DNA from: Bugula neritina
Taxonomy: Eukaryota; Animalia; Bryozoa
Direction: 5' to 3'
Assembly (NCBI GenBank): GCA_964035545.1
Contig: OZ037769.1
Coordinates: 8,289,929 to 8,353,928 of the forward strand
Length of the DNA: 64,000 bases
Position numbers and translations under genes: made by a program. Every line of letters starts with the position of its first letter. Positions within the stretch are counted from its first letter, which is position 1. Of the stretch, positions 1 to 13,274 are shown piece after piece. Under the pieces are notes generated by a model. It ran no database searches. It had not been told where the DNA came from and worked only from the letters and a program-made list of their open reading frames with translations.

Positions 1-309
1 TAAATGGCTTTACTTACATTTCACACTTTTTAAATACCTATTTTAAATTTGTTAATAGCTGTGACCTAGTTTAGCTTCATGTTCCTTTGATTTCTATTAC
101 AATATTTTTGTTCTATACCAATAAATAAAAACACTTATGGAAAACAAAAAGACACAGCCTACTCCTTCTTCAAAAAAATTAAACTGTACTAAAAGCTTTA
201 AATAGTTTGGAAAGTACTTTAAGTCACAACTGCAAGTTAATCAAGTAGAAAAATATACACACTCTGTGAAAGTGATACACTAAGACTGTGAATAAATAAA
301 CATTCGTGA

Positions 310-720
310 CACACTCATAAGCCAGGCTATATTCTGTTTTCCAACAAAGACTACTCAATTCAGACTGCATCATTCCTTGACAAAAATAAACTTATTCCCC
401 GTAAAAAGCTGCTATATCAGGCAGCCGTTTGTAGATCAGGGCAACAGTTGTTTCTATTAATGCATCATCTTTCAAAGAGTATGCCTAAGTTGTTAAGATA
501 TGTGCAGCATTAATGCAATATAAGACTGATTAAAGCCCGCACAACTGAACATGTGTTAGAAAATATTATGTACTGCCCCTGTAAGACCATGCGTTGCAAT
601 GCATCAAAATACTGATGCCAGGAGTCAAAGATTTAGTGCCCTGGTGCATGTCAGTGTAAGGATTGTCTGAACGTAAGATGCTTTGAAGAAAAAGACAAAT
701 ATGAGAATGATGACTGCGGT
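310..720 (+). mobile_element. Decayed Academ-type transposase C-terminal fragment (Cys-rich CXC region)
   Basis: Frame from 541 reads TTEHVLENIMYCPCKTMRCNASKY*CQESKI*CPGACQCKDCLN, matching the Cys-rich C-terminus of Academ transposases; in-frame stops are present. Boundaries approximate. Confidence 0.55.
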
Positions 721-1137
721 GAAAAAGGTGAGAATACTCTTAAGGTGGTAAAAAGTTAAATATAATGAAGCACTACCTTTAAAAAATTATTTATACAATT
801 TGCTTCAAACAATAAATTTCTCATCATCTGTTTTAATATTTTTGTGATTTCAAAATACATTTACAGAAAATTGGCAATTGTTTGTAATTAATAAATTAAT
901 AAAAAGGTGTCATCCCAAATATATGCTTCCCAGTTAGACACTATTTATTTATATTGGTAAAATTTATATTTTATGTGCAATTTATTTGAATATTATTTAA
1001 ATATTTGTATATTTAATTGAAGCTTGTATTGAGCACATAAATAGTTTTCTTTGATTTGCATTAACGTAGTAATTTTACATATTTTTTGTTTGAACATATA
1101 TTTTGTTAATGCGCATAGTATTCATTAATTAAAGATA

Positions 1138-1459
<322 letters not shown>

Positions 1460-1529
1460 GCTCCAATAATTCTATTTATTGAACAATTTGGAATAATTTA
1501 ACATACATTACCCAAATCTTCTAGGTTAA

Positions 1530-3600
1530 GTACACTGTTCAAGATACAGAACAGCGGAGTGTATTGTTTACACACCAATCCATATTAGATAATAATCAAT
1601 ATGACATTCGCATCAATATAATCATCTATTATATATAACAGTTTTGTACATGTTGAAAGAACATATAAATATAAACTAGTTTTATACATAAAATTATCAC
1701 AAGTAAAGTAGACAACAATGTTTTATAAAATAGCATCCAATTGAGGTTATTTAAATTGTTCTTCAACAATGGTTTGATATTCATATGTTCGTATCGTTAG
1801 AATAAAAATTGTTGACAATTATATTATTAGTTTAACATTTGAATTGTTACTAGAAAATTTGTTTATTTAATGTAAAAAAGTCATTTTGCAGTTACTCAAT
1901 GTAAGATAAGATACCGCAGCTACATTCACCGGTTTACCTCTAACTATCAGCAGGAAGTGTGTAGATAGTAAAATTTGACAGCTGCCAGAGCTGTTAATTT
2001 CTAGCATTGTGATAGTATATTGAGGTATGTATAGAACTGTTTGATTACTTTATATGCGAGTAAAATATGTCAATATCAATACATATTTCCTACAGAGATA
2101 TTTACACATCAGTTTTTCTTTTACCTTAATGCATCTTTAGAGGTGCTCTGCTGCTCGAAGAAGCCTAAACTGGTGATATACTAGGACATATGCAGGATAT
2201 TAGTTTTTGTCCTAATAGTTTTTACTTTCTGGTGTTTGATACGTTGAGCTGACTAGGTGAGGGACTGAAAATAGATGAGCTTCTTAATTCACATAATTAT
2301 TTTTCAGTCTTTTTTCTGAAAAAAGAAAAAATAATATCATAGGTTTAGCTGCTGAAATCCTGTTCCAAAGCATATACATGTTTTCCATGTTATTCACAAT
2401 TTTTTTCAATTTTCTTAAATAATTTTTCTATATAAGTTTGTATTTTAAAGACATGTAAAGCCAGTCAACTAATGAAAGACATGCTATTCATCAAATCCAA
2501 CAAAATAGTCAGAATAAATGATATTAGTTTTATATTTGACAGTTAATAGACTAGTGAATTATTACTTTTCTGCACCTACAATATATGTTATTACTACCTA
2601 TTATAAGTGTTCACCATTGTTGTTATTTCTTGAAATGATATTATATACCAGTAGTTATAATAGTTATAATGTTGAAGTAATGAATGTAACTCAATAACCA
2701 TATACTTAACCAGCTCTTTTAAGTTAAATATGCTGTTCAGAATACAAAACAGCTGAGTGTATAATAATTACTAATCTATACCGAACAATAATTATAATGT
2801 CATTTATAACAATACATAATCATTCATTATATATAGCAATATTGTACATGTTAAAAGAGAATTTACCAGATGCTGCATATACATAAAATTAACGAAAATG
2901 AAGCTGTAAGCAAGGATGGTTTATAAAATAGCATTGGTTTGAAGTTATTTCAGTTATTCTTCAACAATGGCCTAATACTCATATGTTTGTATTGTTGCAA
3001 TAGAAATGTTGATAATTATATTAGTTAAATATTTGAACGGTTACTAAAAAAACTATTTTATTAAAAGTAAAATAGATAATTTTGCAGTCACTTAATGTGA
3101 GAAAAGATACTGCTGTCACCTTCACCTGTTTACCTTTGAATTGTCTTCTGATGATTTAACTGTCAGCAGCAGAGTATGTGGATAATAGAAAGTGACAGCT
3201 GCCAGAGTTGGTATATGTGGCCATCTGTAAACTTTAAGCATAAGGATAATATATAAAGGTATATATGTAGGATGTTTAATTACTTGTTTCAAAGTAAAAT
3301 ATATCAATACCCAAAAAAACATAGTCTATTTTTAGCTACTAAAACTGTGTTCCTAAACATATTCAATTTTTTCAGTTTTATTCACGACTTCTCCCAATCT
3401 TTTGAAATGCTTTTTCATATAAAGAAAAAGGTGGCAAACATTTGCTATGCTCAATAAGCCTGTTTTTAAATAGCATGTAAAGCCATTCAATTAATTAAAG
3501 ACAAGCGTTTCATCAAATTCAAGAAAATGCTTAGACTATATAATGACAGCAGTATTAGAATCTATCGGAGCAACAACTGTTTAAATATCACCATCCTGAC
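1530..3600 (+). repeat. Older internal tandem duplication of an ~1 kb unit (about 1530-2520 vs 2730-3600; also 42980-44300 vs 45350-46300)
   Basis: Shared anchors in the same order: tgttca.gatac...aacagc, ataaaatagcat, cttcaacaatgg, tcagcag, gacagctgccagag, catgtaaagcca.tcaa. Confidence 0.7.
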
Positions 3601-5187
3601 TCAGTTGTCACAACTGTTTTGCTGTGTGTGTATCATTTTCACCAGGTCAGCTGTAATCTTCTTTTTTTATTCTCCTGCTTTTTTTATAGCAATGTAACCT
3701 TTAGCTTGCTGCTACCTCTAAGATCCCTTCTACTCCTATAGTTGGCTGATTTTTCATTAAACCTTTTCTGGTAAGATGCAATTCAATAAAGAAGTTTATA
3801 AAAAAATAAGTTTTAGCTGCGAGCTTTGTTTCATCTCACTCCCTTTTTAATAAAGATTTTCGTGCCATGTTAAATGGGTTTTATATTGACTCATTTTCTT
3901 TAATTACTGAAATCCATGTATATGTCATTCTTAAAGTATCTTCATGTTATGATTTCATATAGCTGTATTTACCCAAAACTAAACAAATAGCTAAATATAA
4001 TAATTATGTATGCATTTGTTTATTACATAACAATTCCCTTTCAAGCTATATAAAGACTAATAATCAAAAATGCCCTTTTTTTCCCATGTGCATGGTTTGA
4101 GCACTAAGTCTGAAGGATATTTTGTAGGTATAACTTTTTAATAGACCTAACCAATCTTTGTAAACTCGCTTTTAAATAAAACATGCAGAGACTGCAGCTT
4201 TCAGTCAATGACTTCTACAGCTTTATTTTCTGAAATGTTACAAGTTAGAAGCTCTGTACATGCTTTGCTGCTAAACAGTGGTATTTTTAATTTTGGATTA
4301 CATGTTATACCATTTTGACGCATGTCTGTTCATTCCTGTGCCTCATATCAGCTTTTAATGTGCCAATAACCTCTATTTCTCTCTTTTCTTTGTCTCCTGA
4401 AATAGTGTCTGGTTACAGATTTATTTTCTAAAAAGGCTACAAAATAGAAGCTCTGTACATGCTGTTCTGGTAAACAGTGATATTTTTAATTTGGATCCCA
4501 CATACTACTTTGAAGCATGTTTCATTGCTATACCTCATATCAGCTCTGAATGTGCCAATAACTTCCATTTCCCTTTTCTCTTGGTCTTGTGAAAGAGTGC
4601 GGGGTGTGTTGAAGTTAACACGCTTCAGCCATATTTCATCACAGCTCACCACAGTGTCACATGCACCAGTTTCTACCTTGAATAGTGTGCATGTCATGAC
4701 CATTTGCAAAGATTTTTACTGTTCAGGAGACGTGACTTATTTTAGTTTGCCAGTGAACTAGAAGTCATCCTATTGATTTTTTATTTCACTGACAACCTTA
4801 GACCCACCGCCTTTACTATATAGTGGTCTTTTTTATGATGTTTGTGCCACACTGCCTTTCAGCTGTATAGACAGTCGTCTTTCAAATGCACACTTTTTCC
4901 CAGTTATGTTTTACTAGAGGTACTAGCATGTAGCAGGCTTTCATTTTTTTTTCCAATTTGATTTATTGACTTATAGTGCCTTTTGAGATAATCTATCCTC
5001 CCAGAGAAGTTTATTTAATTTATTTGTACTGACAGTCGCTTCGTTTATACATGTATGCAACTGTGATGAGGCAACAGATCACTTTTTTACTATAGATTTT
5101 GATTGAGCTGGTTTAATAAACACAATTTTTCTTTGTTTTAAAGCTGGAAGTTTGCAATAATTTACTGCATCAACATCTTTTCTATAA

Positions 5188-6721
5188 GCAAAACAAAGGT
5201 GACAAACTTTTATGTAGTAATTATCGGCCTATCTCAATACTTCCAGTTTACTCTAAAATACTTGAAAAAATAATTTGCAAGCAATTAAATGCACATTTAA
5301 ACCTACACAAAATTTTGTCGGTTTCTCAATTTGGCTTCCAACAGAAGAAGGGTGCACAAGACGCACTGTTTAAGTTTTCAGACCAATCCTTCAAAGCACT
5401 TAATGACTCATTAGTAATATTGGGTATTTTCATTGATTTCTCAAAAGCATTCGATACAATCAACCACAATATTTTGCTACAGAAACTACGAGATTACAAT
5501 TTTGATTCTCACTCCATAAGTTTAATCCAAAACTACTTGACCAATCGAACACAGCATGTTATAATAGAGAACAGTATATCCAATTCCTTGCATATCACCT
5601 GTGGAGTTCCCCAGGGCTCTATCTTGGGCCCTGTGCTCTTTCTGCTGTACATAAATGATTTAGCTACCCATTGTCCTTTATTTGATACTATTCTGTTTGC
5701 CGACGACACAAATCTTTTTTGGAAGAGCAAAGATTTAAATGCTGATATTGGAAATATAAACTCCTCACTAAATAAAGTTAATAACTGGTGCATTGCAAAC
5801 AAACTAACTCTAAACTTAACGAAAACAAACTATATCATTGTTAAAAACTACCAAAAGAATTTTGTACTTAACAGTACCATCTATATTGACAATATACCTC
5901 TCTCACCTAGCTCAGAAATAAAATTTTTAGGTGTAGTCATTGACATTAACTTAAACTGGTGTGCTCATATAAATTCTTTAAGGACTCAGCTCAACAAAGT
6001 AACTGGTATGATATACTTAGCTTCAAAGTTTTTACCATACAAAGCTTTGATTTTATCATATAACAGTCTGATAAACAGCAAACTTACATATTGCTTAGAA
6101 GCCTGGGGAAATGCTCCTAAAACCCATCTGAACAAGTTGCTTTTAATTCAAAAACGCATTATTCGCATTATTTTCCACAAATCACCTACTGAACACACGT
6201 CACCTCTATTTATCAAAGCAGAAGTTCTTCCTATTGATCTCTTGTATATCTACCGCCTATGTCTTCTTGGTCATTCAGCTTATTATACTCCATCTCACAC
6301 CAAACAACCACCGACTTACCTCACCAGACATTCTGAACTTTCCTTACCCTTACCTCTCTCTACCTCCGCAGCAGGTCATCGTCAAGTGTCCTACCAGATG
6401 TCTAGCAATTGGAATAAACTACCTCTGACTTTAAGACATCATCAAAGCTTTGCCACATTTAAAATATTGTTGAAAAAGCACCTACTAAAATCTTTAACTT
6501 AATCTGAATAAATAGTTCCCACTATTTTTTCAACTGCCACTTGGGCCCAGCTCCTTGAATAGCTATGCTACTGAGCACATGGGCCCCCATCTTGACTTCG
6601 ATTGATATTATATACAAATTGAATTTAGCTCTTTTTGTGTTACTGTTGTATATTTGTATTTTTTTGTCCTTTTGTTTTTTTTGATGGAAATAAAGAAAAC
6701 AAACAACAAACAAACAACAAA
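5188..6721 (+). mobile_element. 5'-truncated CR1-group non-LTR retrotransposon (RT C-terminal part, 3' UTR, (ACAA)n tail)
   Basis: Reads NYRPISILP...FIDFSKAFD...GVPQGSILGP...FADD, open to the stop at 6502. 3' stem-loop (gggccca...tgggccc, ~6543-6597), AATAAA at 6689, AAAC-rich tail. Empty site ctataa/ccttgtctac seen in the paralog at ~47481. Confidence 0.92.
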
Positions 6722-7158
6722 CCTTGTCTACTGACTTCACCACTGTAAAAGTGACCTCACTGCTTCTACCAATTTAAAATAAGTGCTCAAAGCTCAAGGT
6801 GTTATAACCTTGTGATTTTAGTTTTTTTTTACTTTTTGCATTATCCCATATCAACCCAAGGCGATTATGTGTCTAAGTATCTTATTTATTGGAATTGTTG
6901 GGTCAGCATTACCCCTTCGGTATAGTTAAATTTGTATTTGGCAGTTAATGACGTCAATTCTGCATAAAAGGTATCTAAAGTCACTTCTGTGAGTTGGTTC
7001 CTCATATTGAACTTGTCTCTATCATGCACCACGTTGCTCTCTCTAATGCAGTGCTGGTCCAAAGTATTAGTATGGACTTGAGGCTTTGATCTTCCTCATA
7101 CTTTGCAGATGATTCTACAACTCTATAGCTGCACTATCATTTACTGCCATGTATAGAG

Positions 7159-7578
7159 CAGGGTTGGGGTAATTGTAATTTGTAATTGGTTGTAAATAAT
7201 TATGTCTTTTCAAGTAATTAACTGTAATTTGTAATTGATGCGTATAAAAATGTAAGTGTAACTGTAATTACTTACATAGCCAATGTAATTGATTTTTCCA
7301 ATTACTTTATAATTACATAACAATTACTTCAATTTTTTAAATCTTATCTAATTCATACTTCTCCTAACATGTCTACTGGTTAATAAAAAGTTCATAATAA
7401 TTAAATGTGGTTTTGTATCACCCTACTAATCCCTGTGGAGAACATAGGAGGTTCTCCGCTGTCAAAATTGCCCAGGTAGTTGGACTCCAGAAGTAAGACT
7501 ATGTAACTTCTATTTATTATTTGTGAAAACAAAAGTAATTGTAATTGTAATTAATTACATTAATATGTAATTGACTCC
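7159..7578. mobile_element. Non-autonomous hAT-like element with (GTAATT)n subterminal repeats, right end deleted
   Basis: Begins cagggttgggg; homologous to the complete copy at 47913-48429. Confidence 0.7.
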
Positions 7579-8682
7579 TCAGGTGCCTAGATGAAATTTT
7601 TCATGAGTCCCATGTACTTTTGAATTCTTGAAAATTTACCTCTGTATTTGAATCAAGAATAACCTTACATGGAAGCTGAATCTTAGATATATTCTGGGAC
7701 ACTACAACTGTCCTAGGAGCTGTTTATCTGTTTTCTGCATTCATTTTTTCTAACATACTTCGGTTGCCATGTATGATATTTTGTTTTGTTAAAGGAGAAA
7801 TTAAAATGAATATTTATACTGATCGAAAATATCTTTTCCTTGTTTCACACTTGGTATACTTTGAATTGTGATGTCATTGTTATTATGACTGAAAATACCA
7901 TAATACATTCAGGAATTTCAATAATGATTAATAATATAAAAGTGAGAGCATAACTTCAAATTGAGCATAATAAGACAATGTCATGGTACTTTCTAATAAA
8001 AGTTAAAAATTGTGGTGACCAGCAGGGGTTAGCAAAAAAAAAGCTCCTTTTCACAGTTGAGCAAAATTTTTGAATCAACATTAAAATACCCTAATTTACT
8101 TCATGAACGATTTCAAAGACACTGGACAGTATTTTTTAGGTAAAGAAAGTACAGTAAATTTTAGCATGAGCCAAACCAAAGTGCAATATGTTTGGTTTTA
8201 TCCACAGTTATTTCTCTTGTTGATTTCTCTTTTTTTTTCAAAAAAAGAAATGAAATCTTAACTTATATTAATTTATTTATTGGTTCAACATATAATATAC
8301 CAGTATGTATATTTTTTCTAATATAAGTAAATCATTCAATTTTTTTTAAATCAACTTTTGAGTGGAAGCAAAAATTATTTTCCTCAATTGAAAAGTGTAT
8401 TGTATTATAGGTTATTAAAGCAAACAATCCGCTAAATACATATAAGCTGCATATATATTACAAAAATTCTAACTCTTATTGACACACTGTTAAATATTAG
8501 TAAATAATTATTAGGCTTCTTTGGTAATTTGCAAAGAAATATAAATAACTTCTCTAGTCAAATAAATAAACCAAAACTTTGCTATTTGAATTAGAAAGTC
8601 GTTTAATACAAATTGCATCAGCTTATTAAAATTAAAACTTTTAAGCTGCTGTGCTCCTCTGAGACAGTTGTTTTCTTCAAAC

Positions 8683-11191
8683 ATGAAGTTACCACTGGTT
8701 TACACACTGCTAACTTTACTTTTCGCACCAGCTTTGGCTTCAACTAACGTGACTCAGCAAATGTATTGTGTGAAGAATATCTCAAGGAACGTTGGTTCAG
8801 AATCTTACATTTTGGAGTCTCGACAAGGTATAAACTTTGTTACTACATTTTAGCTGTAGCACTTGCAAAAGAATATGTGACAAAAAATCATTCTATGCAT
8901 TAGTATTATTCAATGTCTCTTCATAAAAATCAAAATATATAATTTTTATATTCTGAGCTTTAAAAGACATTTCAATGAATAATAGTTCTCCCCATGGCAA
9001 TCTATAAAGTAATAATTAGCTGTTTAGGTAAGGTAATTAATTTACCTTTTTTGGAAGCTTATAATTTTAGTACTTTAGTACATTCAAATCTGAAGAATGT
9101 GTTATGTCGGAGCTTTGTGACGCTGTATCATTATCTAAAATTTAATCTTATATAAAAACAGTTTTCTGACATTAAGTAAAGACTTGTTGCTTTAGCACAC
9201 CTCTAAGCTGTAGCACAATCTTTCATTTATTTAATTGATTAATTTGCAAACAGAACATCTCAAAACACAGTTGAGTGTCTGGCGCCTTGTGGGGGACTTT
9301 ATTTGCATTTATATAAACTACAAAATTTTTTTATTAATAACTATTTTAATGTAGCACGGAGTATGCTTCAGTGCATGACTCAATGCAGTTTTCACAACAC
9401 CGGGTGTCAATCTGGTACCTTTGAATCATCAGACCAGGTTTGTCAGCTTTATAATGACAGCATTCTAAATCACCTAGAGGATGGAGAGAATAAGGAAACA
9501 ATTTACTTTGTGAAGTTATTTTCTATAATGATTGGTAAATATTTCATACAAAATACTCTACTCTATATAAGACTTTGTTAATATATGATAAATATGCTTC
9601 ATATATAAGAATAAGAAATTGATTGTTTAACTGAATAATAAACAGGTGTGAATATTAACTAATACTATAAGAACTTACCAAAACAACCTTGGATCCATGC
9701 CAAGTTTTTCAATTACAAAATAGTTAGATGTATACTGACATAATTACTTTTAGATCAGACATCTGCAGATGTGATCACTTATTACAATAAAATTATTCCT
9801 TCTACATATGAATCCTGCCTGTCTCTTTGTTCTTGTGACCAATCATGCGTTGCCGTGTCATATGACAAGATCTCTTCAACCTGTTTCCTGTCTGATAAAC
9901 CAAATTTGCTGAACACCACACAGGAAGCAGGTAGATTCTGTTTGGTTAAGGAGATCTACTCCGAAGACTTGGTGACCTATGGCTTCTCATCCAATCTTGC
10001 TAAAGGTGAAACAGCTTTCTTGTTGAAACTCTTTTGAATTATAACTTTTCTAGACAAGCACATGAATGATATTTGATGAGCTAATTTTGGAAATACAACT
10101 AGTATAATAAATAGCAACATATTTTCAAATTTTTCATGTTAAGAATATTTTTGAATTATGGTTAATATTTTTAAAATGATTTTATCACATTTGTTACATC
10201 TATTTATTCACCTAACAGTATACTCATTCATATGACATGCATTATTCAACCAGCAAACATGACAGTTTTCTTACATTTTGTTCACCTGATTTTAGACAAA
10301 GCAGTTAACATGAGCAGCATATTCAGTGCAAGGTATTCAGGATACAAAGCTACTGATAATATTTACCTCCCTTCTGACTCTGGTCTGGGAGAGCTTGACA
10401 GTTTAGCACACACTTTACCAGAGCTGTCTCCATGGATACAAGTGGATTTAGCTGTCAACCACTTTGTTGATGGAGTCAAGATCTGGGACAGATCTGAAAG
10501 CTACAATTCTGGTGAGTCAATACAGAAATTGTTGAGATTTGCAAGTTATTTGTTATAACAATGTTTAAATGTACTAACTTTTTTTAAAACAAGAATGAAT
10601 AAAATTTGTATAAGCTGTTTATACTAGCTAACACATGATAAAATTTAAAATATATTGTTAAACTTATAGCTTTGGCTAAAGCAAATGATTAACCTGGTGT
10701 CAACATTAGAATAAAATAACCAGCATTGAAAAGCATAGAAAACTATATCAGCTCAAACTAAAGGCTTTTTTGGTTTTTTTTTACTATTGGCTGTTTACAA
10801 TTTTAATTGCAAATAGAAATATGATTTATGTACATGTAGATAAATGTATGTAGTAGTCGAGCAATGATTAGTAAAATTATGACTACATGTCCAGTTTAAA
10901 ATGATTACATTCCAAGTTCATAGTTTATACCATCCTCATCTTTTAGCTAGCAATGACAAACTGGCCAATGTCAGAGTAGCAGTAGGTAAAACTGATACTA
11001 ACTTTGATGATCCACCAGAGAAAGAGATCTGTGACTACCTTCCTGGACAACCACCAGCAGATATATTTCTGGTTACATGCCGTACTAGAATGTATGGTAG
11101 ATATGTGAGAGTAACAGCTGTTGAAGTAAATAAAGCACTCAATATTTATGAGCTTGAGATTCATGGACTGGAAGCTTTTCATAAACCTTAG
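8683..11191 (+). CDS. Secreted PAN/apple x2 + F-type lectin (fucolectin/FTP) domain protein, copy 1; exons 8683-8827, 9355-9534, 9754-10005, 10296-10511, 10947-11191 (345 aa)
   Basis: All introns are GT-AG and phase 1; the exons sum to 1038 nt with an open frame. Signal-peptide-like MKLPLVYTLLTLLFAPALA. Two PAN patterns (C-x3-C...C...C.L). FTP motifs NLAK, ATD, HT..E..PWIQVDL, H-x26-R, GRYVRV, L.IYELEI. Confidence 0.88.
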
Positions 11192-11746
11192 CAATCAGGA
11201 TACATCAATATAGAGCATTTAAAAAATTGCATAACTATAACAAAGTTTTTTTTTTCAAATATAATATAACAATAGATAAAACTAGCAAAATAGATCTGCT
11301 GTATCAAATCAACATGCTAAATTTAAAATAAGCAGAAATTTTGGGATGAACAAAATAGAAGAAGCTTTGATAAGCACAGAGTATATAAAGTAATATATTA
11401 CAAATCTAATAACCTTTTCACCCAACTCTACGTATAATATACCTATGCTTATTATTTTTTATTTATTATCTTATTTATTATTTTATTTATTATTTTTTTA
11501 TTTTATCAACAAATCTCTGTAAAAATATTTAACTAAACACATTTAGGCCTAATAGTTTATTGGACTATAGTTCAAGCCAAATTGACATTTTCTCTGTTTT
11601 TTATGGTAGATAATTGTTGTTATAAAAGCAGACGCATGATTGGAATCATTCTCTCTCTTATTAATTACTATTTATAAACTAAAACCTTGTATTATCAGAA
11701 ATGGAAATTTGTACCTAAATTACTGTTTTAATAAATATGTTCATGG

Positions 11747-11748
<2 letters not shown>

Positions 11749-11826
<78 letters not shown>
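11749..11826. repeat. (TA)n microsatellite (empty site for the 272-bp hammerhead repeat found in the paralog)
   Basis: Flanks gttcatggcaata.../...ggatt... match 52680-53600 without the insert. Confidence 0.9.
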
Positions 11827-11834
<8 letters not shown>

Positions 11835-13274
11835 TCATTCTTTTGGATTGTTGGTCTTTCAGTCGGTATATAGCTTAAAGTAAATTTTTAACTTAGAAAA
11901 AATTGTTTTATTTTATAATTTATGACTGTACTTCGGAAGCAAATAATCTAACCATTGTTTTCTCTAAAATAATTATTGATATTTAAAATGTGCTGAGCAG
12001 TTTCACAAGTCGGGCTTAATCATTAACAAGCTTAATTTTGACTACTTAATTAATCTATAATAAGTACACTGTGATATTAGAGTTCGGCCTTCAGAAAAGA
12101 AACCTTTGAAGTGGTAAAATGATAATACAGAAGCCTTTATATTTAACATTAATAAATTGCAACACACTAACATTTCTAAACTACAGTTGATAAATCAATA
12201 TTTGTAACTTTATACGTACTACATTTTGTTTTCTTTAAAGTTATAACTAATTAGAGTTTTTAGTAAATGAAGTATTATGCAAAAAATCAACTATAATATT
12301 TATGCATATATATTGATTATATAAATCCTAACCATAAAAATATAATTTACTTGTCTTTCATTTATAATTTAACAGTAATATACATACTAATCAATTTTTC
12401 TTTTCATGTCTCATGGAAAATAAGATAAGGCTTAGTGCATTTGTTTTATAATAGAAGCCATGGGTGACCCTTTATTGGAATTTAAAGTGTATATGCGAAA
12501 TGTATAAGTTTATAAAAAACTTCACCATTATTGCTCAACAAATACATTTTGCATTTCAGTGGGCCACTAAAAACTAACTATTTCTGAATTAAAATGTTGT
12601 GATGATTGCGAAATTAAATTTTTAAAATTGTATCTCTACCCGAAATTCAAGCAATTAGGAAAAATGGATAGCCAACATCTTGAATGGATGATTCAAGTAA
12701 AAGTATAAATTGCACAAAATAGTATCAGATATCAACTAGCTGTTTATAAACAAATTTATTTGATGAGATACCAAACTTGATTGTTTTTCTAAGTCTACGC
12801 TTGAAACATTAAGTATAGTGAGTATATAATTACCTGAGAGTTACTCGAAGTATGTAGGCATGACATTGAAATATCGAAAGAACAATAAAGTGGGGTCTGG
12901 CCGGCCAGGGGAAATACAAGGACCAAAAGTATAGTACTGATTTATAATTATTTTATCACTAAGTCTATCGGCGTGTTTATCTACTGTAGGCTGACATCTT
13001 TCATCTTGTAGTCTCTCGTTCGTCCTTGACCCAATATGTATTTTAATAAACAAATGCACATGACATTATAACGTAGCATCTCGCTAGTCCGTAATTAGTG
13101 ATAAACAAAAGACACATAATAATATAACATCTCCCTTCAGGTGACTTTCTTCTATAACATTGTGATTAAGGTTGCTGAGATTAATAATATGATACGAGTA
13201 TACATGATTAATATGGATTGGGGATTAACAATGAAACTAAATAACTATGTACAGGGTGGGAAACGGCTAATAGC

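Noticed and set aside
12841-13059. Duplicated short ORF MHLFIKIHIGS... (also 17285-17557)
   Set aside because: Lies within the LTRs, starts at a non-ATG codon, and is repeated only because the LTR is.
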